Of a stretch of 64,000 bases of DNA, positions 9,004 to 20,075 are shown in pieces; within the stretch, counting starts at the first letter, position 1, and each line of letters starts with the position of its first letter. The notes beneath the pieces are model-generated. The model saw only the letters and a list, made by a program, of their open reading frames with translations, was not told the DNA's origin and did not search any database. Position numbers and translations under genes: made by a program. Origin of the DNA: an uncultured Pseudomonadales bacterium (lineage in GTDB: Bacteria > Patescibacteriota > Microgenomatia > UBA1400 > CAYXSR01); assembly GCA_964430265.1 (NCBI GenBank), contig CAYSEI010000001.1, positions 318,987 through 382,986 on the forward strand, given 5' to 3'.

Positions 9004-10140
9004 TTAGTTTTTACCTTTTCTTAGAAATGCGGGGATATCAAACTTTGAATCTTTTGGAGGCAGTCCGTTGTCAACTTCTTTTTCACTTTCGCCATTATCC
9101 TTTTTTTGCTGAACCTTTTGTTTTGTTTGTTTATCCTTTCTAACAGCCGGTCTTGTGCTGGCAATATTTTGCAATCGCCTGCGTGCTTCGTCAAATCCGG
9201 TAGCAATTACTGTTATTTTCATTTGGTCAACTGACTGTTCGTCTATTACTGTTCCGAATATAATATTGGCATCAGTGTCAGCGGCTCCGGTAATAATTTC
9301 AGCAGCTTTATTTATCTCGTTCATGGTAATGTCCCTGCCGCCGGTAATATTAAATAAAATTCCTCGTGCTCCGTCAATAGATACTTCAAGTAAAGGAGAA
9401 TTAATTGCTTTTCTGGCAGCCATTTCCGCTCGATTTTCTCCGGTCCCGGTACCAATCCCCATTAAAGCGCTTCCAGCATTTGCCATTACAGTTTTAACGT
9501 CTGCAAAATCCACATTAATTAAACCTGGAGTGGTAATCAAATCTGCAATACCCTGGACTCCCTGGCCTAAAACGGAATCAGCAACTTTAAAAGCCTCAAC
9601 AAGTGTCATATCCTTGTCAACTACTTCCAAAAGTTTTTGGTTTGGAATGACAATTAAAGTATCAACTTTATCTTTTAGTTCTTCTATACCTTCCTCAGCA
9701 GTAACCATTCTCTTAGTGCCTTCAAAAAGAAAAGGTTTAGTAACAACAGCAACTGTCAAAGCTCCTAATTCATTAGCAATTTCAGCAATAACAGGAGATC
9801 CTCCGGTGCCTGTACCTCCACCCATACCACAGGTAATAAAAACCATATCAGAATCAACGAGATGTTCTTTAATTTTTTCCTTTGATTCTTCAGCCGCATT
9901 ATGTCCGATTTCCGGGTCAGCACCTGAGCCCAGTCCGCGGGTTAATTTTTCACCAATTTGAACTTTGGTTTCTGCTTGGTTATTAAGAAGCGCTTGTGCA
10001 TCAGTGTTGATACTAACAAATTCTACACCTTCAATATTTTGGTTGATAATCATGGAGTTGACGACATTACCGCCTCCCCCACCAACCCCAACGACTCTAA
10101 TATTAGCAAAAGTATTTATATCAGGTTTAACTAAAGCCAT
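9004..10140 (-). CDS. ftsZ: Cell division GTPase FtsZ
   Basis: GVGGGGGN tubulin signature and an NTDAQAL motif. 378 aa. Confidence 0.95.
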   Translation of the reverse strand: MALVKPDINTFANIRVVGVGGGGGNVVNSMIINQNIEGVEFVSINTDAQALLNNQAETKVQIGEKLTRGLGSGADPEIGHNAAEESKEKIKEHLVDSDMVFITCGMGGGTGTGGSPVIAEIANELGALTVAVVTKPFLFEGTKRMVTAEEGIEELKDKVDTLIVIPNQKLLEVVDKDMTLVEAFKVADSVLGQGVQGIADLITTPGLINVDFADVKTVMANAGSALMGIGTGTGENRAEMAARKAINSPLLEVSIDGARGILFNITGGRDITMNEINKAAEIITGAADTDANIIFGTVIDEQSVDQMKITVIATGFDEARRRLQNIASTRPAVRKDKQTKQKVQQKKDNGESEKEVDNGLPPKDSKFDIPAFLRKGKN

Positions 10141-10149
10141 AATACTATT

Positions 10150-11412
10150 TTAGGGCAGGAATGATTTGATAAGATTAACAATCTTTTTAAAAATACCTTT
10201 TAAGGATAGCTTTCCTAGTATATCATTTAACCCTGAAAATGAAACCCCCATTCCTCCCTCTGTTTGCATTTGCTTTAAACCATAGTAAACCAAACCTTGT
10301 ACAACTGCAAAATCAGGAGTTTTAATTTCTTCAACAAGCCCGCTTAAACCCTGTGGTTGTCCAACCCGGACAGGTAGTGAAAGAACTTTTTTAGCTGATT
10401 TTTTAATTCCGACTGTTTGTGCGCCGCCACCGCTGATTACCACTCCCGCAGGAGTGTTTCCGCCGTAACCTGATTCCTTAAGCTCTTCGCCTACCATTTG
10501 AAATATTTCATCCAAACGGGGACGGATAATACCTTCAACTAAAGTACTCCGGGAAGTTTTGCGATCCTCTTCTTCAATTCCAAGTTTCTTTAAATCAAGC
10601 TCTTCTTTATCAGCGTTTTTGTTTTTGGAAAGGGCAATTTTAACTTTCTCGGAGTCCTCTAAACTAAGACGCATTCCAATAGCAAGATCATTAGTAATAT
10701 TTTTAGCACCAACAGGTAAAACAGCAGAATGTGCAAGAGAACCTTCAATAAAAACGGAAATTGCAGTTGTTCCCCCACCTATATCAACCAGGCATACGCC
10801 CAATTCTTTTTCCGTATCGGTCAGTACTGATTCTGAAGCTGCCAATCCGGTAAAAACCAAAGATTGGACTTCTATTCCAAGCTCCTCAACCGATTTAACA
10901 ATATTTTTCATTGCAGTAGTAGACCCGGTAATAATATGGGTCTCAACTTCAAGCCTAATTCCTGTCATTCCCAAGGGATCTTTAATCCCTGGCTGTGAAT
11001 CAACAAGAAAATCTCTGGGAATAACATGCAAGATTTCTCTGGAAGCAGGTAAGGATACAGCTTTTGCCGCTTCAATTACTCTCTGAATATCTTCAGTAAT
11101 AATTTCTTTTTCCGGTTGAGATACTGCCACTACTCCGGTAGAGTTAAGTGAATCAATGTGGCTGCCGCCGATTGAAATATATGCCTTTAGCAAAGAATAT
11201 CCAGCCATACGTTCAGCTGCTTCAACACTCTGGGTTAGGGCACGAACAACCTCTTCAATATCAACAATCTGGCTTTTGCGAATTCCTTTACTGGGGAAAT
11301 TAGCAACGCCAATAATATTTACTTTTTGGGAATCCTCGGATTTTTTGGCAATAACAGTAGTTATTTTTGAAGATCCAATATCAATAGCGGAAATAATTTG
11401 ATTACTGCTCAT
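10150..11412 (-). CDS. ftsA: Cell division protein FtsA
   Basis: Actin-fold ATPase (IDIGSSKITTVIAK...VDIGGGTT). Its position between ftsQ and ftsZ fits. Confidence 0.9.
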   Translation of the reverse strand: MSSNQIISAIDIGSSKITTVIAKKSEDSQKVNIIGVANFPSKGIRKSQIVDIEEVVRALTQSVEAAERMAGYSLLKAYISIGGSHIDSLNSTGVVAVSQPEKEIITEDIQRVIEAAKAVSLPASREILHVIPRDFLVDSQPGIKDPLGMTGIRLEVETHIITGSTTAMKNIVKSVEELGIEVQSLVFTGLAASESVLTDTEKELGVCLVDIGGGTTAISVFIEGSLAHSAVLPVGAKNITNDLAIGMRLSLEDSEKVKIALSKNKNADKEELDLKKLGIEEEDRKTSRSTLVEGIIRPRLDEIFQMVGEELKESGYGGNTPAGVVISGGGAQTVGIKKSAKKVLSLPVRVGQPQGLSGLVEEIKTPDFAVVQGLVYYGLKQMQTEGGMGVSFSGLNDILGKLSLKGIFKKIVNLIKSFLP

Positions 11413-12151
11413 ATTTTATAGTTGGTTTATCAAAGCGTAGGTCAATAGCTTTAATTGATCTGCCTTCTATTTTACTTTGTCGCAAAATGAATTGTAAAGA
11501 CCCAACTTGTCTAGAAATATCACTTTCCAGGGACATATAAACCATACTCCCTTCAGATAATATCAGCTTTACGCTGGGATACTCAAGTTCAATTTTTTCT
11601 ACATTAACGTATCCATTTTGCAAACTGTCTGCTAGATCAACAATTTTTACCCAATCTTTTTCCAGTTTTTTCCCAATTTTAATATCTAAATCATTATTAA
11701 TATTAAAAGCAGGCAGGTCTTTTGGTTTTTCAATCTGCTGGTCAAAAATAACAGCATCTTTATCAATCAGATACCAGGTTTTTCCGGATACAGAAAACGC
11801 AACCGCACTTTCCCGGGGGTAAAGTTCAACTAATAAAGTTTGCGGCAATTTTTTCTCAATTTTAACTTTGCTAAGCTTGTAAAAATTATCCTCTACTTCT
11901 TCAGCTTCTTTAGCATTTTTAAAAGTAAAAATATTTTTTCCAATAAATTCATTAAGAAAATTTTCCTCTTGTTTATTGCAGGAAGAACCATTTTTTATAC
12001 ATTTAATATTTTTAATCTGAAAAAAATCTGCTTTTAAAAGAAAAACAACAACCAATCCGGTTAAAATAATTCCGGAAAAAGCAGATAAAACCTTTAAAAA
12101 CCTTTTAAAACTACGGACTTTTTTACCGGATAATCTTTTTAATCTGTTCAT
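11402..12151 (-). CDS. ftsQ: Cell division protein FtsQ/DivIB-like
   Basis: N-terminal TM helix followed by a POTRA-like domain. Position murG-ftsQ-ftsA is canonical. Confidence 0.6.
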   Translation of the reverse strand: MNRLKRLSGKKVRSFKRFLKVLSAFSGIILTGLVVVFLLKADFFQIKNIKCIKNGSSCNKQEENFLNEFIGKNIFTFKNAKEAEEVEDNFYKLSKVKIEKKLPQTLLVELYPRESAVAFSVSGKTWYLIDKDAVIFDQQIEKPKDLPAFNINNDLDIKIGKKLEKDWVKIVDLADSLQNGYVNVEKIELEYPSVKLILSEGSMVYMSLESDISRQVGSLQFILRQSKIEGRSIKAIDLRFDKPTIKYEQ

Positions 12152-13242
12152 GAAAGTAAAGACAAAATATCTTGCAACATAACTTCTGTAGCATCAGTTT
12201 TAATAAGTTTTTTTGTATTTTGGGCTTTTTTGCTAAAGCTATTATAATCTTTAAAAACAGAATCAATTGTCTTAACAATTTGATCTAAATCCTTTTGCTC
12301 TAAAATCAAAGCAGCTTTCTTATCAGCAAGTAAGTTGGCGTTTTTATGCTGTTCCTTTCTATTTGCATATGGATAAGGTATTAAAATTGCCGGCTTTTGC
12401 ATATATGCAAGTTCATAAACAGTGTGGGCTCCTGAGCGGCATATAACAAGATCTGCAGAATAATATGCTTTAACAATTTCCTGCGCAAAAAAATATGGAC
12501 CTAGAATATAATTCTGGCTGTTTTCAAGTTTTTCTTTTTTATTTAGGATTCTCTCATAGTCATCGGTTTCTTTATTGTATCCGCACTGATGAATCAAATT
12601 ATACTTAGAAAGTAAATATTCAAGATTCTTTTCAATAGCTTTATTAATTACATGTGCTCCCTGTTTCCCTCCTAAAACCAAAATAGTTTTCTTATCATTA
12701 TCAAATTCGTAAGCTTTAGGTTTTTTTTTAAAAACTCTTCTTAATGGCAAACCAACAACTTTTGTTTTTGAAGAGGAAAAAAAGCTTTCTGAATCCTTCC
12801 AAGTTAAATAAACCCTTTTAACAAATCTACTAACTATTTGGTTAGCAATTCCGGCAGTAACAGTTTGTTCATGAGTTACTGAATCAATGCCTAAAAATCT
12901 CCCCACAATTACTACAGGAAAAGCTAAGTATCCTCCAAATGAAACAATCACTTTGGGCCTTTTTGTTATGAGAATATAAAAAGAATGAAAAAAACCTAAA
13001 ACAACTTTCAAATGCTTAAGCGGATTTAAAGTTTTATAAAATTTACCTGTTTTAAGGTTAACAAAATCAATCCCTGCATTAGTAACTTCTCTGTATTCTG
13101 CACTTAAAGTTTTATCTTTAGACATTGTATACTTATGGCCCAGCCATAAGATACTAAATCCCCTATCCTTTAGTTTTTTTGCCAAAACTAAAGCAGAATT
13201 ATGATGACCGCCGGTAAATATAATCCGTTTATTTTTTTGCAT
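12148..13242 (-). CDS. murG: Lipid II N-acetylglucosaminyltransferase MurG
   Basis: IFTGGHHNSAL N-terminal GT28 motif. GT-B C-terminal domain. Confidence 0.85.
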   Translation of the reverse strand: MQKNKRIIFTGGHHNSALVLAKKLKDRGFSILWLGHKYTMSKDKTLSAEYREVTNAGIDFVNLKTGKFYKTLNPLKHLKVVLGFFHSFYILITKRPKVIVSFGGYLAFPVVIVGRFLGIDSVTHEQTVTAGIANQIVSRFVKRVYLTWKDSESFFSSSKTKVVGLPLRRVFKKKPKAYEFDNDKKTILVLGGKQGAHVINKAIEKNLEYLLSKYNLIHQCGYNKETDDYERILNKKEKLENSQNYILGPYFFAQEIVKAYYSADLVICRSGAHTVYELAYMQKPAILIPYPYANRKEQHKNANLLADKKAALILEQKDLDQIVKTIDSVFKDYNSFSKKAQNTKKLIKTDATEVMLQDILSLLS

Positions 13243-14308
13243 ACTTACTAATATTTAACAATATTCCCACTCCGGTTAAAACACTAATTAACGAAGAACC
13301 TCCGTAAGATATAAAGGGAAGAGGCAACCCTGTTAAAGGAAAAATAACCACCATAGCACCTATATTAATAACAATCTGGATACCCAGCCAGCATCCGATG
13401 GCGCCTGACAAAAGCTTTAAAAATTTATCCTCAACATGTTGAGAAATAGACAAAGCCTTGTAAACAATAAGCATTAAAATACAAATTAAAGCAAAACCGC
13501 CGATAAATCCCATTTCTTCTGCAATAATAGCAAAAATTGAATCAGTAGTCGCCTCAGGCAAATACTGATATTTTTGCCGAGACCGACCCAGTCCCATTCC
13601 GGAGAAACCACCGGACCCAAGAGCAATTAATATTTGTCTTACATGATATGAAGAACCTAGAGGATCACTGGTAGGGTTTAAAAAAGTAAGGAATCTTTGT
13701 TTACGATAATCTGATGAAAAAATCAAACCCATTCCAGCAACTAAGCCTAAAATACCCAAAGCTAGTAAATGTAAAACAGAACCGCCGCTTAAAAAATAGA
13801 CCAAGGTAGCAATTCCAATAATTACTACGGTTGTTCCTAAATCAGGTTGAAGCATAATCAAAAAAGCAATGACAAAAATTAAACTCAGAAAATGACCAAA
13901 ACTGCGCTTTTTCTGAAGCCAATTTGACAAATACAAACTAAAAGTTAGTTTAATTGATTCAGTTGGTTGCAGATTAAAAAAACCAAGATTTATCCAGCGT
14001 CTTGCACCTTTTGTCTGAACACCTATACCCGGGATTAAAGTAATTAAGATCAGAAACATGTTAATTAGAAACAAAGGTACGGAAAGTTTTTTTAGCAGGG
14101 AAATCGGTATAATTGTAAAAAACATTAATGAAGCAAAACCTACTAAAGCCCAAAGGGACTGCATCTTTAAATAATGGTATTTATCACCAAAATCCCTGAC
14201 AGCTTCGGCAACAGATGCATTATAAACCATAACCACGCCGACCAAAGTAGCAATAATTACTAAAGTTAATAAACTCCAATCAATGTGGGAAGCAGATTTA
14301 ACTTGCAT
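13229..14308 (-). CDS. ftsW: SEDS peptidoglycan glycosyltransferase FtsW
   Basis: SEDS motifs QPDLGTTVV and GSGGFSGMGLGRSRQKYQYLPEATTDSIFA. It lies between murD and murG. Confidence 0.85.
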   Translation of the reverse strand: MQVKSASHIDWSLLTLVIIATLVGVVMVYNASVAEAVRDFGDKYHYLKMQSLWALVGFASLMFFTIIPISLLKKLSVPLFLINMFLILITLIPGIGVQTKGARRWINLGFFNLQPTESIKLTFSLYLSNWLQKKRSFGHFLSLIFVIAFLIMLQPDLGTTVVIIGIATLVYFLSGGSVLHLLALGILGLVAGMGLIFSSDYRKQRFLTFLNPTSDPLGSSYHVRQILIALGSGGFSGMGLGRSRQKYQYLPEATTDSIFAIIAEEMGFIGGFALICILMLIVYKALSISQHVEDKFLKLLSGAIGCWLGIQIVINIGAMVVIFPLTGLPLPFISYGGSSLISVLTGVGILLNISKYAKK

Positions 14309-15644
14309 TTTTTAACTCATTAACTACTTTTATAAATTGATTTCCGCGGTCAAACTCATTAACAAACATACCAAAAGATGCACAACCGGGAGACAAAAGA
14401 ACAACATCTCCTTTTTCTGCCTTTTTACTAGCAAATAAAACAGCTTTTTTAAAATTATAAAATTCACCCCAGTCAATATTTTTATTGGTATTTTTGTTGA
14501 TTAAATCCTTCAACTCTTTTGTAGCCGAACCTTTTAAAAGAATAACGCCTTTTACCTGTATACTAATTTCTTTGGCAAACCTGCTGAGGTCAAGGTTTTT
14601 ACTTGCGCCACCAGCAATTAAGATAATAGGTTTATCAATAGCTCTTAAAGCGGCATTTCCGGCTGCCGGAGTAGTTGAAGTTGTATCGTTTATATATTCT
14701 ACACCCTTAATATCCGCAACTTTCTGCAACCGGTGTTTTACAGGATGAAAATTAGCTACAGCTTTTTTAATATTATTCTTTGAAAAGCCTAATATTTCAG
14801 CAGTTTTAACTGCAGCAGCGATATTTTCCCTATTATGTTCTCCTTTTAAATGCCTTTCCCAATTAGAAGAAACAAGATTTCTATTAAACCAAACAACTTT
14901 AGAATTAGTTTCTTTAGCAAATTCTTTCATCTCTTTGAAATCCTTATTCAAAAGTAAAAAATCATCTTGTTTTTGAAACCGGTAAATGACCTTCTTATCC
15001 TTAATATATTTTCTCATTGAAGGATACCGGTTAAGATGATCTTCGTAAATGGTGGTGATTACGGAAATATGCGGGCTAAGTTTAAAGCTTGCAAATCCTT
15101 GAAGCTGCCAAGATGAAAGCTCCATAACAACCAGGGTTTGAGGATCAATATTTTTCAAAAGAGTCAATGCGGATTTCCCAGGTATGTTGCCGCTTAATTC
15201 CACTTGTTTACCGGATTTTTTTAAAATATGATAAAGCAAAGAAGCAGTAGTTGTTTTTCCTCTTGTACCGGTAATTCCAATAACATTTTTCCTGCCAAAA
15301 TACTTTACAAACAAAGCATCGCTCATAAGAATGGGTTTGCCAATTTTTCTGGCGTATTCCAAGTAAGGAGAGCTAATCGGTACTCCGGGATTACGTAAAA
15401 CAAAATCACATGCTTCAATATCTTCTTTTCTATGTTTACCCAGAACAAAACGCAGGTTTAAATCAGCAAGTTTTTCAATTGAGGATTTTAATTCTGCTTC
15501 AGTTTTTAAATCACTAACAACAACATCTGCACCCGCCTCAGCAAAAAAACGTGTATCTTTAACTCCTTTACCCAACAAACCCAAACCAAGAATTAAAACT
15601 TTCTTATTTTTAAAATCATTTTCAAACCTTTGGTATGCATTCAT
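14298..15644 (-). CDS. murD: UDP-N-acetylmuramoylalanine--D-glutamate ligase
   Basis: Mur-ligase P-loop GITGTRGKTTTASLL and an N-terminal Rossmann fold. It sits at the murD position of the dcw cluster. Confidence 0.85.
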   Translation of the reverse strand: MNAYQRFENDFKNKKVLILGLGLLGKGVKDTRFFAEAGADVVVSDLKTEAELKSSIEKLADLNLRFVLGKHRKEDIEACDFVLRNPGVPISSPYLEYARKIGKPILMSDALFVKYFGRKNVIGITGTRGKTTTASLLYHILKKSGKQVELSGNIPGKSALTLLKNIDPQTLVVMELSSWQLQGFASFKLSPHISVITTIYEDHLNRYPSMRKYIKDKKVIYRFQKQDDFLLLNKDFKEMKEFAKETNSKVVWFNRNLVSSNWERHLKGEHNRENIAAAVKTAEILGFSKNNIKKAVANFHPVKHRLQKVADIKGVEYINDTTSTTPAAGNAALRAIDKPIILIAGGASKNLDLSRFAKEISIQVKGVILLKGSATKELKDLINKNTNKNIDWGEFYNFKKAVLFASKKAEKGDVVLLSPGCASFGMFVNEFDRGNQFIKVVNELKNAS

Positions 15645-16402
15645 ATATTGACCTTTTTAAAATCATAACCCATTTTTTTGACTTGCCTAAGAGTATTATA
15701 AAACAAGACAGTAGATTTTTCCTGTTTTTTACTGTTAAGTCCTACATCCTTTTCTTGAGTTAAAATTCTTTTAACTTGTTTGGCAACAGCAAGCCCGGGA
15801 TCAATAAGTTTTACATTACTGCCAAAAAAATCACCAATCTCTTTTTCCACCAATCCAAAATGTGTACAGCCCAAGACAACAGTATCAACTTTATTCCTAA
15901 TATCTCCGGGAATACAATCTTTTAAAGCCTGCTCTACTCCACTCTCGGATTCAATTGCATTTACCAAACCAAGGCAACCCAAATTATATACATTAACATC
16001 TGAAGCATAATCATGAATTAAGCTTTTTAATTTATTGCTTTCTGTTGCTTTGGGACTGGAAAGCACAAGAATACTATTATTGTCCGTAATTGCTGCTGCA
16101 GGTTTTACTGCTGGTTCTATTCCCACAAAAGGAACAGAAAACTTACTGCGCAGACGCTTAATTGCATTAACTGTTAATGTGTTACAAGCAACAACAATTA
16201 ATTTACAATTCTTTTCTATTAAAAATTGAGCATTTTTAAGGGCAATTTTTTTTAAATTGGAAACACTTTTATCTCCATAAGGAAAGTTGTTTTCGTCAGC
16301 AAGGTAAATAATGTTTTCTTTTGGCAAAAGTTTATGTATTGCTTTAAAAATGGAGAGACCGCCAATACCGGAGTCAAAAATTCCAATTGGGTTATTAATC
16401 AT
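15641..16402 (-). CDS. murI: Glutamate racemase; start moved to ATG at 16400-16402
   Basis: IGIFDSGIGGLS, VVACNT and GCTHF are catalytic-Cys motifs. The track start at 16462 is a TTG 55 nt inside mraY. Confidence 0.8.
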   Translation of the reverse strand: MINNPIGIFDSGIGGLSIFKAIHKLLPKENIIYLADENNFPYGDKSVSNLKKIALKNAQFLIEKNCKLIVVACNTLTVNAIKRLRSKFSVPFVGIEPAVKPAAAITDNNSILVLSSPKATESNKLKSLIHDYASDVNVYNLGCLGLVNAIESESGVEQALKDCIPGDIRNKVDTVVLGCTHFGLVEKEIGDFFGSNVKLIDPGLAVAKQVKRILTQEKDVGLNSKKQEKSTVLFYNTLRQVKKMGYDFKKVNI

Positions 16403-16407
16403 AACAA

Positions 16408-17451
16408 TTAAACAAGTGCCAACCAAAACCCAAAAAGCGCTAGCATAATACCTGCTAGCCAAGCCCGCATTACTATTTTGGGTTCTTCCCAGCCTTTATA
16501 TTGCAGCCATAAATGAAAAGGGGCAACGGGGAAAAGCTTTTTTTTCCGCAACTTTTTATAAACAATTTGGGCAAATGAGGAAAAAATCTCGGCAATAAAA
16601 ATACCGCCAATAATTACCAAAGCCATTATTTTGCCCAAAAGCAGGCCGATTACTGCCAGAGTTGCACCGAAGGCTAAAGAGCCTACGTCTCCAAGCCAGA
16701 TACGTGCAGGATAAACATTAAAATACAAAAAAGCAATTAAAGAGCCAATCCATATCGCAATAAAAAAGGATAAGGGGGTATCTAGGATGGAAGCAGAGAG
16801 CATCCAAAAAGCAAATAAGCAGATCATTAATAATCCACTTGCAAGACCGTCCAAACCATCGGTAATATTGACTGCATTAGTAAAAGAAACAATAATAAAA
16901 GCGGCTAAAGGAATATAAAAAATACCTAAATGCAGTACGCCAATAAAAGGGATGTAAAAAATATCAATCCCCAGGTTTTGGTAAAGGAGCAAAGCGATAA
17001 TAATTGCCAGAATCCATTGGATTAAAAACTTATGTCGCATGCGCAACCCGAAAAAACCATTTCTTTGAAAGCCAAAAAACTTCATAATATCGTCATACAA
17101 GCCTAACAAGGCAAAAGACAAAAAAGTAAAAAAGATAATATTAACTTCCTCCATTACCGGATAAACATGGGTTACAAATATGCCAAAATACTTTCCGAGA
17201 GGAAAAAGAATAGCAAATAATATGGAGACAATTAAAACTATCAAAAATCCGCCACCAACAGGAGTTCCTGCTTTATGGGAGTGGAATTTATCAAATATTG
17301 GGGTGGGATTGCCCTGAAAATCCTTTGTTTTCTGTTCTCTGCGTGTCATTCTAAACTTATACAACAGATTTATAAAAGGAACAATACAGATACTGGTGAC
17401 AATAAAAGAGAATATTAATAAGCCTAATAGGATCGCAATTGAACTTCCCAT
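16408..17451 (-). CDS. mraY: Phospho-N-acetylmuramoyl-pentapeptide transferase MraY
   Basis: NAVNITDGLDGLA matches the MraY signature. Polytopic membrane protein. Confidence 0.9.
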   Translation of the reverse strand: MGSSIAILLGLLIFSFIVTSICIVPFINLLYKFRMTRREQKTKDFQGNPTPIFDKFHSHKAGTPVGGGFLIVLIVSILFAILFPLGKYFGIFVTHVYPVMEEVNIIFFTFLSFALLGLYDDIMKFFGFQRNGFFGLRMRHKFLIQWILAIIIALLLYQNLGIDIFYIPFIGVLHLGIFYIPLAAFIIVSFTNAVNITDGLDGLASGLLMICLFAFWMLSASILDTPLSFFIAIWIGSLIAFLYFNVYPARIWLGDVGSLAFGATLAVIGLLLGKIMALVIIGGIFIAEIFSSFAQIVYKKLRKKKLFPVAPFHLWLQYKGWEEPKIVMRAWLAGIMLALFGFWLALV

Positions 17452-17458
17452 AACCCTA

Positions 17459-18649
17459 TTATAGATTTATTCTAATCTTTTTTAAAGCTCTACAGCTTAA
17501 TAGAAAAAGCAATAAGCCGAATGAAATAACAGAAAAAGCAGCAATACTCACGGAATTTGTGGAATAATTATTTAATAAATATCCACCCACTAGAGGACCA
17601 ATTATCTGGGCAAGGCTACCCAAAGATGAAGCAACACCCATTAACGAGCCTTGATAGCGTGAAGCTTCTGTTTTAGAAATTGCACCCATTATTAAAGGCC
17701 GGGTCAAACCTGTTCCCATAGAAAAAAAAGCCATTACAACAGGAAGCTGCCAAAACTTATTAATAAAAGCAGCACTCAGTAATCCAATCATTAAAGATAA
17801 AATACCCAAAAAACGCAGTTTTTCTTCGGAAACAAACTTTAAAAGTTTTTGCAGTAAAAATCCCCGGAAAATAATACTGATTAAACCAATATATGCTAAA
17901 AGCCAGCCGATATTTTGTGCATTAGCCCCAACCTTAGCTTGAGCAAAGAGAGCAAAATTACTGACCCAAATCACATGCGCAAGATTGTAGGTAAAATATT
18001 GCCAAAGAGTACAGGAGGCTTTTGAATCAAACAAAAACTTCTTAAACTCCTTTAATTTAAATATATCTCTAACTTGTAGTTTAAATTCTCTTTGTTTTTC
18101 AATAGTTTCGGGTAGAAAAAACCAGGTAATCAATATAGTAATAAGGGAAATAAAAGCTGCTAAAAAGGAAGGCACTGAATATCCAAATTGTGATAAAAAA
18201 CCGCCTATAGCCGGTCCAACCAAGAATCCCAATCCAAAAGCAACACCACTATATCCAAAAACCTTGCTTCTGTTCTCTTCTGCTGAAATATCGCTTAAAT
18301 AAGCTTGCGCAATAGAAAAGTTGCTTCCTAAAAGTCCGTCTATAATCCGGGAAGTAAAAATCCAAAACAAAGAATTGGAAAATCCCAGTACAAGGAAACT
18401 AATAAAAGTAGACAACTGAGATATAATCAATAATGGTCTTCTGCCGTAACTGTCACTTAGCCTACCCATTATCGGTGCGGAAAAAAACTGAAACAAAGAA
18501 AATGTACTAAGAATTAAACTAACCTTAAATGGTGAAGCACCCAGATTGGTTGCATAGTAAGGTAAAAAAGGTAAAATTAAAGAAAAACCCAGGACTTCTG
18601 TTATTTGAATAACAAAAATAGTAATAAAACGTTTATCGTAAAAGTTCAT
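17459..18649 (-). CDS. MFS transporter
   Basis: 12-TM protein with MFS motifs GRLSDSYGRRP and GPAIGG. Confidence 0.7.
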   Translation of the reverse strand: MNFYDKRFITIFVIQITEVLGFSLILPFLPYYATNLGASPFKVSLILSTFSLFQFFSAPIMGRLSDSYGRRPLLIISQLSTFISFLVLGFSNSLFWIFTSRIIDGLLGSNFSIAQAYLSDISAEENRSKVFGYSGVAFGLGFLVGPAIGGFLSQFGYSVPSFLAAFISLITILITWFFLPETIEKQREFKLQVRDIFKLKEFKKFLFDSKASCTLWQYFTYNLAHVIWVSNFALFAQAKVGANAQNIGWLLAYIGLISIIFRGFLLQKLLKFVSEEKLRFLGILSLMIGLLSAAFINKFWQLPVVMAFFSMGTGLTRPLIMGAISKTEASRYQGSLMGVASSLGSLAQIIGPLVGGYLLNNYSTNSVSIAAFSVISFGLLLFLLSCRALKKIRINL

Positions 18650-18671
18650 TAAAGAGATTTAACTAATTAAA

Positions 18672-19181
18672 TTAATGGGAGATCAAATACTTTTTGGGGT
18701 TATCGCCCAGATCAGTAAATTCATCAGCCTCTTCAAGTAATTCTTTAGAAGTAGTTTTCTTAAATGCAATCACTTCAGTCCTTCTGCCGTGTCCCCTGAC
18801 ATAATCAAGTAAATCAACATAATCTCCGTCTCCGGAAATTAAAACTACAACATCCAAAACCGGTAAAAGTCTGACTACGTCAATTGTTAAACCAACATCC
18901 CAATCACCTTTTTTTTGACCGCTTTTAAAAATCTTAAGCGGTTTTCTGCGGACTTCATATCCAAGATTATCCAATACCTTGTAAAACTCTTTTTCCTCTT
19001 TGGTGTCGCTTTCAACAACATAAGCAAAAGCTCTTACTAATCTGCGATTGGAAACGCCTTTTTTTAGCAATTCTCTAAAATCAACATTATCGTGATACAA
19101 GTTTTGAGCAGAAAAGTATAAATTGGATGCGTCAACAAAAACGCCTACTCTCTGGTCCGGATGTTTAACTGTATATTTCAT
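18672..19181 (-). CDS. NYN/LabA-like (DUF88) nuclease-domain protein
   Basis: VFVDASNLYFSA and LISGDGDYVDLL are typical NYN/LabA acidic motifs. Confidence 0.65.
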   Translation of the reverse strand: MKYTVKHPDQRVGVFVDASNLYFSAQNLYHDNVDFRELLKKGVSNRRLVRAFAYVVESDTKEEKEFYKVLDNLGYEVRRKPLKIFKSGQKKGDWDVGLTIDVVRLLPVLDVVVLISGDGDYVDLLDYVRGHGRRTEVIAFKKTTSKELLEEADEFTDLGDNPKKYLISH

Positions 19182-19200
19182 AAATTAGAGTATAACATAT

Positions 19201-19992
19201 TTAACGATCCTGTTGCAGATTATTTGGAACAGGATTTACTTGTGAGTTGTTAATTTGCTTTCCCTGTGACTGTGGTGTTTGCATATTTTGCATCACTGAA
19301 CTGGGAGTTGCTTCCATTTCTCTTGGATTATTTCCCGGCATACTTTTGTTTGAGGATGGTGTTGCACTTTGATTCTGCATGTTTCCGGAAGGAGTGGAAA
19401 TTTGATTTTCCTCCCTAATTCTTTCTTGTTCAGTTACTCCCTGCTGTTCTCCGGCCTCATTTTGTTCTCTAATTTCCATTCTTTCTCTTATTCTTTGAAC
19501 AGAGGCCTCATGGCTTTTTTCTGAATTTTGGATTGCTTGTCTGATTGCTGATTGAGCTTGACTAGGCACTTGTTCATAAACGCGGGATAAAACCTCCAAA
19601 TGTTTCAATGAGTTTTCACTAAATTTTTCAGTCAGATCATCAGTATTAATACCTTTTTCCTCTGCTTTTTCTAATGCCTGAGGAAATTCTGAAACATACT
19701 TATTATAGCGCTCAACAGCTGAAACCGCTTTTTCATTACCAAGTTTATTTACTTCATCTGCTTTTTCATCTGCATATTCAATTAATTTTTCCAATCTTTT
19801 TTTCGGGTTTCTGGTAATAAGTAAACTCATACTTTCCATAAAATTATCAAGAAAGTAAAAAGTATCTCCTGGCTTAAGTCCAGCAGATATTACTTTTTCC
19901 GGAGTTTGAGCATAAACATTGGAAACTGAAAAAACCGAGATTAAACAAAAAGTAATTGTAGTTAATATTATAAAAGTATTTTTTATTTTCAT
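19201..19992 (-). CDS. Secreted DUF5667-like protein with a Q/N/S/P-rich C-terminal tail
   Basis: Signal peptide. The LKPGDTFYFLDNF...NPKKRLEKLIEYADEKADEV pattern is typical of CPR DUF5667 proteins. The last ~70 aa are low complexity. Confidence 0.5.
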   Translation of the reverse strand: MKIKNTFIILTTITFCLISVFSVSNVYAQTPEKVISAGLKPGDTFYFLDNFMESMSLLITRNPKKRLEKLIEYADEKADEVNKLGNEKAVSAVERYNKYVSEFPQALEKAEEKGINTDDLTEKFSENSLKHLEVLSRVYEQVPSQAQSAIRQAIQNSEKSHEASVQRIRERMEIREQNEAGEQQGVTEQERIREENQISTPSGNMQNQSATPSSNKSMPGNNPREMEATPSSVMQNMQTPQSQGKQINNSQVNPVPNNLQQDR

Positions 19993-20075
19993 TTTTTCCT
20001 CTAGAAATTTTTATATTAATATAAAAAAATTATTATTAAAAACAGTTTAACAACTGCAGTTAAACTAAGCAAATT

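Noticed and set aside
9155-9961. 268-aa plus-strand ORF antisense to ftsZ
   Set aside because: The translation is low-complexity Ala/Ser/Pro/Ile-rich. It is produced by reading the Gly/Ala-rich ftsZ codons on the opposite strand. The ftsZ call on the minus strand is unambiguous.
10559-11086. 175-aa plus-strand ORF antisense to ftsA
   Set aside because: Ser/Pro-rich low-complexity translation nested entirely in ftsA. No promoter or SD. This is an antisense artefact.
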